Shown here: positions 13,492 through 21,839 of the stretch, in pieces | Layout: each line of letters opens with the position of its first letter | Position numbering within the stretch: position 1 is the first letter of the stretch | Source: an uncultured Acidimicrobiales bacterium | Lineage (GTDB): Bacteria; Actinomycetota; Acidimicrobiia; Acidimicrobiales; UBA10347 | DNA: 24,000 nucleotides | Direction: 5' to 3' | Assembly: GCA_943788915.1 (NCBI GenBank) | Contig: CALSSD010000003.1 | Span: forward strand, 50,663 to 74,662 | Notes under the pieces: generated by a model | What the model was told of the DNA's origin: nothing | Database searches by the model: none | Seen by the model: the letters and a program-made list of their open reading frames with translations, nothing else | Program-made: the position numbers and the translations under genes

Positions 13492-16400
13492 CTAGCCGTC
13501 GGCAACGGCGGTAAGCGCAGCCCGGGGCGCGTAGGCAAGCATCTGTTTGTCGACTGCGTAAATACCGAGTTGCTCGTTGCCAAAGACCAGTCGAAGCGAC
13601 GGATTCTCGGCAAACAGTTCGAGCGTGCGAGGGTTCGCAACCGCACGTTCGAGCGACCCGACGATCACATACGACACGTCGAATGCTCGCAGGAACGAGT
13701 CAACAACCTCCGGCGATTCGGTGGTGTAGAACTCGGCAACTTCGCGTTTGCGGTCGTTGACCTCGTAGTCAAACAGGGTGCGTTGTTGACTTTGATGCCA
13801 GCGCCATCCGAGCACCGTGGGCAACCCAGCATGGATGCTGATCCGCCCCCACCATTGGTACTCGCTGCCGCCAACAGCTTCGACAATAGTTGGCCGGCCC
13901 TGCACGTTCGTTTGCAGCCATTCGATGATGGCGCGGTCCTGTCCGGGATCGACGACGGCATCGTTGCCGTTAACGTCGCGTATGCCAAAGCTGTATCGGC
14001 CTGGTTCGAGCCAAAGATCACCGTCGAGTGACGGCCCGAGTGTGGTGTCGATGCGGTTCGCCTGCCGAGGCGAGATGGACAACGCTGGATATACCAACGA
14101 TGCCAGCAGCAACAGCACCACGCCCCGGGCGAACCAGCGCCTGGCCACATCAAGCCGTGACGCTGCGGGCATTTGTTCATCGGACGCTTCACCAGTGGGG
14201 CGACGCAAGAGCGGGCCGACCAGCCACGATGCGCCAAAGGCGCCTGCGATGGCGAACAGATGCCACACCTGTAACCAGAACTTGAAGACCGTGTTCAGCC
14301 GAGCAACGTCGGCGTCTTGAGTAAAGGTCTCCACACCTACGAGCACAACAAACCCAAGTGCAAGACAAGCAGCGACAAAGACGTGAGGCGTTGATGGCCG
14401 CGGCCCGGCCACCTCTGCGAACAACAGCAGCAACGCTGCCATAAGCCCAACAAAGGACATGGCAGCGACCGATCCCACTGAAATGCCAAGCCCGGCGAAC
14501 CCGAGTGCTGCGGCCCCGGCGATCACCATCGTGATAGCAGCTGCCTCGGTTGTGAGCCGATCGCGATGACCCCACACCCGAACCCCCATGAACGAAACCC
14601 CGATGAACAGGAACAGTCCCCAGTGCGTGAGCCAGTCATCGAGGTTGGTCACGGACTCGGATCGGCTGAAACCAGACTCGGCAACCTGATTGTTGGCCCG
14701 ATAGGGCGCAGTGACCGCCATATGCGCTACTCCAGCGAGCACGAGCTGACCGACAGCGAACCGGGCACGCCACCACACCGGACCACGGGCCATCGTCCAG
14801 CCGAGCACGATGGAACCTACAACAAACACCACGAACGTCGGCATGTCCCAGGTGTGGACCATTCGCATGAACCCACTGCCGATACCGAGCCCGAATGCCA
14901 ACACCCAAGTAGATATCGCTTTACCTTGGCGGGCCCGTTCGATGAACGCGATACAACCAGCCAGACCAAGCCCGAAGAATGGCATGGCCATGAAGTGCGG
15001 GTGCAGGTCAGCAAACAACACGGTGAAGCTCGGGAACTCGGTCACTTCAAAGCCACAAGGGGTTAGGTCAGGACCGCCACATGTCGGCGTAAAGAGCGGG
15101 TCCGAAAGCCGGTTTACATCCCAGATGACCGACTTGTTGACACGACTTGGGTCCCACCAATCGAATTCAGACAACGGCAGGCCACTGCGAAGCCGGTTGA
15201 TCACCTGACGGAATCCATCCAGGTTGCCAATAACCAAGAAGATGAGCGTTGCGAAGAGGCCAGTGGCTTCGGGACTCAGTGGTTTGTCACTCCGCCGGCG
15301 GGCAAGTTCAACAAGCATGGCGGACGTCGAGAAGACCGTGACGGCCGCGAGGGCTGCATAGGTCGCAACACCCAGGTTGAAGCCGACGTCGGGTCCGAAC
15401 CCGAGAAGCCGGATTGGGACAGCCAGCACGAACCAGCCCATGTAGTAATAGTTCAGCGTCCCACCAGCGAACCATGGGTCAAAAGGCGGCAGCGTTGTTG
15501 AGCCGGTGACGGCGGTCAGGTAGGCCAGCTCCATTGGTTTCTCGCCACCGCGCCAGGGATGCCACACGTCGGGGTTATTCGCTCGGAGCCAGATAACGAA
15601 CAGAAACACAGCGATGAATACCGCTTCGGCGGCAATAATCGTGCGTTTGTGAGCTGTCCACAGATCACGGATTTCCCGGCGACGGCTATGGGCCAGACAT
15701 GCCGCAATGCCGACCATGAGGAGCAACGCCAGCCACACCAATTGACGTGACATGTTGACCACACCCGACGACACGAGCAGCCAGACAGGTAACGAGAACA
15801 CGACCAGTGAAAGGGGTTTACTCAAGCCGTAGACCGCTCCCCCGGCGCGCCCGGCGTAACGCATGAGCGTTGGAGCCACGGTGAGCGACACGACCTGCAG
15901 CAAGACGAACCACAACCCAACCGCAACCGGGCTACTGGGGTCAAACGAGTGCACATCAGAGAACGAACTTCCGCTTTGTTGCGTCTCGTATTCGTCGGGG
16001 CGCAGCATGCTGGCGTTTGCGAACGCATCACGGGGTTCGGCATTGATTGCCGTGCGTGCTCGGTCGGGATTCAATAATGCAAACGCTCGTTCAACGCTGA
16101 ACAGTTCGGTCTTGCGCCAGATGAACACCGTGGGGTGGTCATACAACGTAAATGCCTCTTCGGCACTGGTGTCATCGATAGTGATCCCAAGCAGCGACGG
16201 CTGGTTCTGGAATGTCTTGACCAGCTCGAAGCCCAAAGAACCGTCGAAAAGTGTGTCGTAGTACTCCGTCATTTGTGGGAAACGGGCAGGAGTCCTCGGC
16301 AACGAGTCGTAGAACTTGTTGCTGGTTTCGATCACGTAGTCGACCTGGTCGAGGCCGCTGATCAACAATTCAATGCGCTCGGGCGAGTCGCCGCCGAACG

Positions 16401-17964
16401 AGAACGGCTCGAGGGTGACACGGCCGAAGTCCGATGCTTGACCCCACGGCAAACCGTCGTCCCACGCCTGCTGACTGACCACTGATTCCGCAGGCAGGTT
16501 GTCGAGCATCCAATCGCCTGCGGCCAGCCGGGCGTTGGTGTTGCCATACACCCCGTTGACGAACGCGAGAGCCCAGAAAACTGTCGCTCCGATCGAAACG
16601 GCGACGGCAACCTTGATGGCTCGAGCCAGCGTGGCCCTGGCCGGGGCAAGGGCGACAGAGGCTCGCCATGCAGCGATCAGTCCGGCAGCACTCAACGCAG
16701 TGATGATGGGGTACGTGGGTTGCAGGTACCGAACGATGGCATAGAACTGCAGAGACACCAGCAGGAAGTACGACCCAATGACGGCGAGTGGCACCGCCCA
16801 ATACCGCTCGCCACGAACGAAACGCCGACCAGCACGCAACAGACCGAAGAAGGCAGCGAACCCGAGGCCGGGGCCCATACCCCATAGAAACATTTGTGTG
16901 AGAGGGTGGATCAGCGGGGTTCGTCCAACCAGCGGCTGCACCCACGGCCAATTGCCGCCTTGATTGATGTCGGAGAGATAGTCGATGTCTTGGGTGAACC
17001 GGTCGTTGAACACCAGCGACAGACCGGCCTGAAAGTCATACGGCTGGGCGATGCGGTAGGCAACCACAGCAAGCAGCGCCATGACCAAATATGGCTCGAT
17101 CGATCGAGCCATACGCCCGAGGACCCCTGGTGGAATCCGAGACTTGGCCAGGAGACCCAGTTCCGGGCCGATCACCACCATCAACGCAGCGAATGGAGCT
17201 GCAACAGCAGCGACACCGCTGAGCTTGGATGCAATGGCGAGACCAATGGCGACCGCGGTGAAGACGCGTGTGCGCCATCCGCCTCGATGACGGGCCAGGC
17301 GGACACTCCCCCACACGCCGCAGGTGACGAAGAACGCAACCCACGGCTCGCTGCCCAAGAAGTGTGCATACTGAATGTGCAGGACCGTCAGCGACTGCAA
17401 CAACGCCGCAAGAAGCCCAACCTTGCGGTCGTCGGTGAGTTCTCGGGCCAAGAAAAACACCGCTGCCACGGTCATCGTATCGATCAGAGCGCTCATCAAC
17501 CGGCCGATGATGGTGACGTCGTAGCCGGTATTAAATCGAAGCCGGTTGCCGATTGGTTCAGCGGCTGGTTCGTTGCGTGCAACATCAATGCCAACGCTGT
17601 CGATCATCCCGACTGCCCACGACATGGTGTCGGTCATGAGTACACCCGCGGCGGCCTCCGACGCCCACAGAGGAAGGGTGCCGTACACATAGTTCGGCTT
17701 GTAGACCCGGGGGTTCAGCGTGGACTTCTCTGGGTCAAGAACCTCGCTCCACCGCCACTCGTCGGGGTTCTCGACGTTGGCAGCGACATCGCTCCAAAAA
17801 CGTTCATCGGGCTGTAGATGAGTGCCTCGATCCCAGTCCAGGTTCCAGGCTCGGAGCACGAATGCCAGCAACAGGATCGCTGCAAGTATCCAACGCGTGC
17901 GCGAGCCATGCCGACGGCGCTCAACTGACGCCGGAGGCGTGTTTGTTGTGAGTGGAGACGCCAT
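13492..17964 (-). CDS. Giant (1490 aa) polytopic membrane protein: an N-terminal GT-C/PMT_2-like module fused to a DUF2298 / TIGR03662 'Chlor_Arch_YYY' module
   Basis: A single uninterrupted 4473-nt ORF. After the first TM helix comes WNLDWDRGTHLQPDERFW (DE at 17803-17808). Module 1 ends in a soluble stretch ...AEEAFTLYDHPTVFIWRK (around 16111-16143). Module 2 has ...NPDVWHPWRGGEKPMELAYLTAVTGSTTLPPFDPWFAGGTLNYYYMGWFVLAV (YYY at 15442-15450), the motif I remember as defining DUF2298/TIGR03662. The C-terminal soluble domain reads ...GLPTVLGWRWHQSQQ...FDVSYVIVGSLER... Confidence 0.9.
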   Translation of the reverse strand: MASPLTTNTPPASVERRRHGSRTRWILAAILLLAFVLRAWNLDWDRGTHLQPDERFWSDVAANVENPDEWRWSEVLDPEKSTLNPRVYKPNYVYGTLPLWASEAAAGVLMTDTMSWAVGMIDSVGIDVARNEPAAEPIGNRLRFNTGYDVTIIGRLMSALIDTMTVAAVFFLARELTDDRKVGLLAALLQSLTVLHIQYAHFLGSEPWVAFFVTCGVWGSVRLARHRGGWRTRVFTAVAIGLAIASKLSGVAAVAAPFAALMVVIGPELGLLAKSRIPPGVLGRMARSIEPYLVMALLAVVAYRIAQPYDFQAGLSLVFNDRFTQDIDYLSDINQGGNWPWVQPLVGRTPLIHPLTQMFLWGMGPGLGFAAFFGLLRAGRRFVRGERYWAVPLAVIGSYFLLVSLQFYAIVRYLQPTYPIITALSAAGLIAAWRASVALAPARATLARAIKVAVAVSIGATVFWALAFVNGVYGNTNARLAAGDWMLDNLPAESVVSQQAWDDGLPWGQASDFGRVTLEPFSFGGDSPERIELLISGLDQVDYVIETSNKFYDSLPRTPARFPQMTEYYDTLFDGSLGFELVKTFQNQPSLLGITIDDTSAEEAFTLYDHPTVFIWRKTELFSVERAFALLNPDRARTAINAEPRDAFANASMLRPDEYETQQSGSSFSDVHSFDPSSPVAVGLWFVLLQVVSLTVAPTLMRYAGRAGGAVYGLSKPLSLVVFSLPVWLLVSSGVVNMSRQLVWLALLLMVGIAACLAHSRRREIRDLWTAHKRTIIAAEAVFIAVFLFVIWLRANNPDVWHPWRGGEKPMELAYLTAVTGSTTLPPFDPWFAGGTLNYYYMGWFVLAVPIRLLGFGPDVGFNLGVATYAALAAVTVFSTSAMLVELARRRSDKPLSPEATGLFATLIFLVIGNLDGFRQVINRLRSGLPLSEFDWWDPSRVNKSVIWDVNRLSDPLFTPTCGGPDLTPCGFEVTEFPSFTVLFADLHPHFMAMPFFGLGLAGCIAFIERARQGKAISTWVLAFGLGIGSGFMRMVHTWDMPTFVVFVVGSIVLGWTMARGPVWWRARFAVGQLVLAGVAHMAVTAPYRANNQVAESGFSRSESVTNLDDWLTHWGLFLFIGVSFMGVRVWGHRDRLTTEAAAITMVIAGAAALGFAGLGISVGSVAAMSFVGLMAALLLLFAEVAGPRPSTPHVFVAACLALGFVVLVGVETFTQDADVARLNTVFKFWLQVWHLFAIAGAFGASWLVGPLLRRPTGEASDEQMPAASRLDVARRWFARGVVLLLLASLVYPALSISPRQANRIDTTLGPSLDGDLWLEPGRYSFGIRDVNGNDAVVDPGQDRAIIEWLQTNVQGRPTIVEAVGGSEYQWWGRISIHAGLPTVLGWRWHQSQQRTLFDYEVNDRKREVAEFYTTESPEVVDSFLRAFDVSYVIVGSLERAVANPRTLELFAENPSLRLVFGNEQLGIYAVDKQMLAYAPRAALTAVADG

Positions 17965-17988
17965 CTGCGATCGGTGAGACTCAGCCAG

Positions 17989-18261
17989 CTACTTACGAGG
18001 CACCAGGTGAGGGACTTCGGACTTCATGGCCTGTAAGACCTGACTCAGGCTTGGGTTCACGAGCGATTTCGAACCGATCCGCAACGTCGGAACGGTCTCG
18101 TTGCCATGAGCAACAGACTTCACAAACGCCCGGTCACGTTTGTTCTCCCAGATATTGTGTTTCTTGAACGTAACGCCCGCATTCTTCAGCCGACGCTCGA
18201 GACTCATACAGAATCCGCAGCCTGGCCGCCAGAAGAAATCGATGTGGTCTTGGCTCGTCAC
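17989..18261 (-). CDS. Mycoredoxin / actinobacterial glutaredoxin-like protein (CxxC = CGFC)
   Basis: VTSQDHIDFFWRPGCGFCMSLERRLKNAGVTFKKHNIWENKRDRAFVKSVAHGNETVPTLRIGSKSLVNPSLSQV fits the GlrX_actino pattern (W CxxC ... GN.TVPT ... NPS). I place the start at GTG 18261 because AAGGAG lies 7 nt upstream. The ORF-track start 18366 would overlap the divergent ABC-F gene. The stop lies only 24 nt upstream of the giant gene's ATG. Confidence 0.85.
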   Translation of the reverse strand: MTSQDHIDFFWRPGCGFCMSLERRLKNAGVTFKKHNIWENKRDRAFVKSVAHGNETVPTLRIGSKSLVNPSLSQVLQAMKSEVPHLVPRK

Positions 18262-18327
18262 GGTGGTACTCCTTGCTGACCCCGCAACACTACCGACCAT
18301 GCAGTACATCAACGGTGGCAGGCAGCA

Positions 18328-20079
18328 GTGATTCTGATCGACGTACACGACGTGACGTTGCGCCATGCCCGAGGCGAGGTGCTGTCCAAGGTCTCGCTAA
18401 CCGTGAGCTCTGGCGATCGACTTGGGGTGGTGGGCCACAATGGCGCCGGCAAGTCCACCCTCCTCGGTATCGCAACCGGCGACATCACCCCCGACAGCGG
18501 CATCGTCCGCAAGGAAGGCGGGGTACAAGTTGCCACACTCCCCCAGCGTCCGGTGTTCGACGATGTCACTGCCCTGGAAGCTGTTGGTGACTCATGGGAA
18601 GCTGCCGCTGTTCTCGACCGGCTCGGCCTTGGCCATCGCACAGGAGACCGGGTCCAGGTCATGAGCGGTGGCGAACAACGTCGCGTCGCCTTGGCTCGAG
18701 CGCTCGTTGCACCTTCTGACCTCCTCGTGCTCGACGAACCAACAAACCATCTCGATATTGATGCCATCGACTGGCTCGAAGAACGGCTAAAGAACTTCAA
18801 GGGCGGGTTGCTCTGTGTGTCACACGATCGACATCTCCTCGATGCCATCACGACTCGGATTCTCGAAGTCGATGCCGGCAACCTCTACATGCACGATGGC
18901 GGTTACCGCGCCTATCTCGATGGACGCGAGGCCAGAGTCGATGCCTCGGACAAGGCCGAAACCGTCCGCAAGAACCTTGCTCGCCGGGAAAAAGAGTGGC
19001 TGCTGCGGGGCGCTCCTGCTCGAACCAGCAAGTCCAAGGCACGTATTCGCACCGCCGAAGCAATCCAGGAATCAGGGATAAAACGCGGCCTGCGCGACGA
19101 AGGCCTAGCACTGCACAGCACCACTCCGAGACTTGGCAACACGGTCATTGAGCTGAGCAACGTCCGGGTCGAGATCGGTGACCGCGTTCTCGTCGAAGAT
19201 TTCACTATCGAGTTAGATCCTCGAGAACGCCTTGGCATCGTTGGGCCAAACGGAACCGGCAAGTCGACCCTGCTCGACACGATTGCGCTTCGCCGCGAAC
19301 CCGCAGCTGGCACTGTCCGCCACGGCTCAACGGTGCGACTGTCGTACTTCGACCAACTTGGACGCACACTCGATCCATCAAAGAATGTGATCGAGATGTT
19401 CACCGGCGGCAACCGCGACGCTGACTGGCGGGACAAGGCCCTCCTTGAGCGTTTCTGGTTCGATGCGGCGACCCAACACTCCCCGATCGATCAACTGTCA
19501 GGCGGCGAGCGACGTCGGCTGCAACTTGTACTCACCCTGGCTGAAGAACCAAATGTGCTGCTGCTCGACGAACCAACCAATGATCTCGATCTCGACACGT
19601 TGCGTGCCCTTGAAGATTTTCTCGAAGACTTTCCTGGAGCCATCGTGGCCGTAAGCCACGACCGGGCATTCCTTGAACGGGTGGTCGACGATGTCATCGT
19701 CGTCGACGAATCGACCCGAGTCGGCCGGGTGCCAGGCGGATTCGGGGCGTGGCTCGAAGAACGCCGTCAGAACCGTCGCCGGGGTCATGCTTCCACTCGA
19801 TCCACAGACGAGGCACCGAGCTCCACCAAAACCGCTGCTGTCCGCCATAAGGACGCTGGCGGCGCATCGAAATCCACCTTGCGCCATCGGCTTAAAGAAA
19901 CAGAGAAGCTCATCAAGAAGGCCGACAAGAGCGTCACTGCACTAACTGCTCAACTTGCCAACGCAACAGATCACTCGACCATGGCGTCGTTGGGAACCGA
20001 ACTACACACGGCGCAGGCAGCGCTCGACACGTTGGAAGAGCAGTGGATGGAGACCTCACTCGAACTCGAAGAGGGTTAG
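18328..20079 (+). CDS. ABC-F family ATPase (two ABC domains, no TM domain; Uup/EttA-like translation or ribosome-associated factor class)
   Basis: There are two Walker A motifs (GHNGAGKST, GPNGTGKST), two signature motifs (MSGGEQRR, LSGGERRR) and two Walker B motifs (LLVLDEPTNHLD, LLLLDEPTNDLD). A charged interdomain linker reads KNLARREKEWLLRGAPARTSKSKARI. The C-terminal tail is coiled-coil-like. Confidence 0.93.
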   Translation: MILIDVHDVTLRHARGEVLSKVSLTVSSGDRLGVVGHNGAGKSTLLGIATGDITPDSGIVRKEGGVQVATLPQRPVFDDVTALEAVGDSWEAAAVLDRLGLGHRTGDRVQVMSGGEQRRVALARALVAPSDLLVLDEPTNHLDIDAIDWLEERLKNFKGGLLCVSHDRHLLDAITTRILEVDAGNLYMHDGGYRAYLDGREARVDASDKAETVRKNLARREKEWLLRGAPARTSKSKARIRTAEAIQESGIKRGLRDEGLALHSTTPRLGNTVIELSNVRVEIGDRVLVEDFTIELDPRERLGIVGPNGTGKSTLLDTIALRREPAAGTVRHGSTVRLSYFDQLGRTLDPSKNVIEMFTGGNRDADWRDKALLERFWFDAATQHSPIDQLSGGERRRLQLVLTLAEEPNVLLLDEPTNDLDLDTLRALEDFLEDFPGAIVAVSHDRAFLERVVDDVIVVDESTRVGRVPGGFGAWLEERRQNRRRGHASTRSTDEAPSSTKTAAVRHKDAGGASKSTLRHRLKETEKLIKKADKSVTALTAQLANATDHSTMASLGTELHTAQAALDTLEEQWMETSLELEEG

Positions 20080-20133
20080 CCATACTTCTCGTCCGCCTAC
20101 GTCAGTGGTGCATCTGGTCGATACGCTCTTTAC

Positions 20134-20757
20134 ATGACCGACGTCACCACTGACGAAATTGTTCTCGATGTTAGCGACGAGGCCCTCTTCAAGGTGCTCG
20201 ACGTACGAGCAGCCGAAGAAGAAGGCGATGCGCTTGGACTGCGGGTCGAGGTAACAGGTGTCGAAGGCGTCGACTACGCCTACGACCTGGCCTTTGAACC
20301 AATTTCTGAAGCCGCTGAAACCGATGTCAAGTACTCGGTCGGTGAACTCACCGTGATGGTTCCTGCCAACAGCATCGACAAGCTGCGAGGCGCCACGCTC
20401 GACCTGCCGAGTAACCCCATGCAGGGTGGCCTGGTTATTCGCAACCCGAATCGCCCCAACCCACTTGGCAATACCGACTCGATCGAACTCACTGGTGACA
20501 TCGGCGAGAAGGTCCAGCAGCTACTCACCCAGCAAATCAATCCATCGCTGGCGGCACACGGTGGCTGGGCCGAACTCGAAAAGGTCGAAGGCACCGAGGT
20601 CTACGTGACTATGGGCGGCGGCTGCCAAGGCTGCGCTATGAGCGCCGCGACCTTGCGTGAAGGAATCACCGTGATGATCAGCGAGATGATCCCTGAGGTC
20701 ACCGAGATCATCGACACAACCGATCACGACGCTGGCGACAGCCCGTACTACGCCTAA
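20134..20757 (+). CDS. NfuA-like Fe-S cluster carrier: a Cys-less HesB/IscA-like N-terminal domain plus a NifU C-terminal (Nfu) domain
   Basis: The C-terminal INPSLAAHGGWAELEKVEGTEVYVTMGGGCQGCAMSAATLREGITVMI carries the Nfu CxxC motif. The N-terminal LDVSDEALFKVLDVRAAEE...GLRVEVTGVEG..YAYDLAFEP looks like a degenerate A-type carrier domain, as in NfuA. Confidence 0.88.
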   Translation: MTDVTTDEIVLDVSDEALFKVLDVRAAEEEGDALGLRVEVTGVEGVDYAYDLAFEPISEAAETDVKYSVGELTVMVPANSIDKLRGATLDLPSNPMQGGLVIRNPNRPNPLGNTDSIELTGDIGEKVQQLLTQQINPSLAAHGGWAELEKVEGTEVYVTMGGGCQGCAMSAATLREGITVMISEMIPEVTEIIDTTDHDAGDSPYYA

Positions 20758-20829
20758 CTGAGGACCGCGTAACTGGGGACTGCGTAACTGGGGACCTTGT
20801 AACTGGGGACCGCTTTACTCGAGACTTAG
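20755..20829. repeat. Tandem array, 15 bp x 5 (TAACTGGGGACnnnn), filling the whole gap between two convergent stop codons
   Basis: Read directly from the sequence. The units are taactgaggaccgcg (20755), taactggggactgcg (20770), taactggggaccttg (20785), taactggggaccgct (20800) and a degenerate ttactcgagacttag (20815). Unit 1 starts with the TAA stop of 20134-20757. Unit 5 contains the stop (tta, 20826-20828) of the minus-strand gene. Confidence 0.93.
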
Positions 20830-21731
20830 CCGCCGGTGCGCAACGGTGGCGGGTTATCGCGATTGCTCACCAGCGTGAGTGCATTCGCCAGCACGGCGTC
20901 TGACTGCACGGCGTCGACGACCGGCTGAGCGATCTGGCCACCTGCGACGTCTTCGAAAAGTAGCGGCACCGCATCGAAGAGAAATTCGGTGTTCGCGGAT
21001 CCGCCCACCGGTCCACAATGGACTACCTGCACAGCTGCATCGCCGAGTTGGCCGAACCAACAGCTGGCTGTTTCATCGAGAACAACTCCACGTTCGACGG
21101 CGAACTGTTGGTGCCATATTCCCAGCTCGTCGAGAACGCGTGTGCCGTTCAGTACCCGCAGGCTGCCTACCTCGATGGTTTCAGAAGTTGCAAAACCAGC
21201 ACCCTGGCCGATGGAACCGCTGGGTGGTTCGACTTCGAGGGCCTCGATCGCGTCCAACTCAACCTGGCCAATGATCCCGCCTTCTTCGAGGTCCTGGACA
21301 CGAGCCTCTTGCCCCTGGTCGAGCTCGACCGGCTCCGCTACGACGCCTGACCGATCATGATCCCACAGCAACAAGACAGCGACGGCAAGAGCTGCGATCA
21401 GCCCCAGCAGCCCCCAGAGCACCGGCGCCCGGCTTCCCCCTTCGGCAGAGGGGCCGCCCATCACCGGCGGGTCGAGGACCGCAACGACGCGAGCCGACGA
21501 CTCTTCCATCAGCGAGGCCTGGAGGTGACGCGGCGTGGCAGCGGGCGCAACCGCAGCCTGCATCGGCTGGTCGAGTAGGTCAGACTCATCGATTGCGGCG
21601 ACCGTTGTCGACGAAAAGTCCGAATCGATTGCTGCAGTGCCCTTATCGCTAACGCGTTCTGTCCACGATTCCCCATCGAAGAATCGGCCGTCGAAGCGGC
21701 CGAGCGGGTCTACATACCAGTCAGCATCCAT
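20826..21731 (-). CDS. DUF2510-type membrane protein (N-terminal WY.DP.G..R.FDG..WT motif, single TM helix, extracytoplasmic domain of unknown function)
   Basis: MDADWYVDPLGRFDGRFFDGESWTERV is the DUF2510 signature. The TM helix is VLWGLLGLIAALAVAVLLLW. I set the start at ATG 21731 because GAGGAG lies 9 nt upstream. The ORF-track start 21740 abuts that Shine-Dalgarno sequence. Confidence 0.78.
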   Translation of the reverse strand: MDADWYVDPLGRFDGRFFDGESWTERVSDKGTAAIDSDFSSTTVAAIDESDLLDQPMQAAVAPAATPRHLQASLMEESSARVVAVLDPPVMGGPSAEGGSRAPVLWGLLGLIAALAVAVLLLWDHDRSGVVAEPVELDQGQEARVQDLEEGGIIGQVELDAIEALEVEPPSGSIGQGAGFATSETIEVGSLRVLNGTRVLDELGIWHQQFAVERGVVLDETASCWFGQLGDAAVQVVHCGPVGGSANTEFLFDAVPLLFEDVAGGQIAQPVVDAVQSDAVLANALTLVSNRDNPPPLRTGG

Positions 21732-21839
21732 CAAGACCATCTCCTCGTTGCGTCTCGATCGCTACATGATCGTAGTGCCAACTGTTCTATGCTCTGGCCG
21801 CGCTCCGTGCCTACAAGTCTGCCAAGGCGCATCCCCGCC

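Noticed and set aside
16894-17817. Plus-strand ORF of 307 aa inside the giant gene
   Set aside because: It is antisense to the uninterrupted 4473-nt membrane-protein ORF. The product is highly charged and Arg/Gly/Asp-rich with no motif. It is a high-GC shadow frame.
18309-18881. Minus-strand ORF of 190 aa opposite the ABC-F gene
   Set aside because: It is antisense to a gene with two complete Walker A / signature / Walker B sets. It is a shadow ORF.
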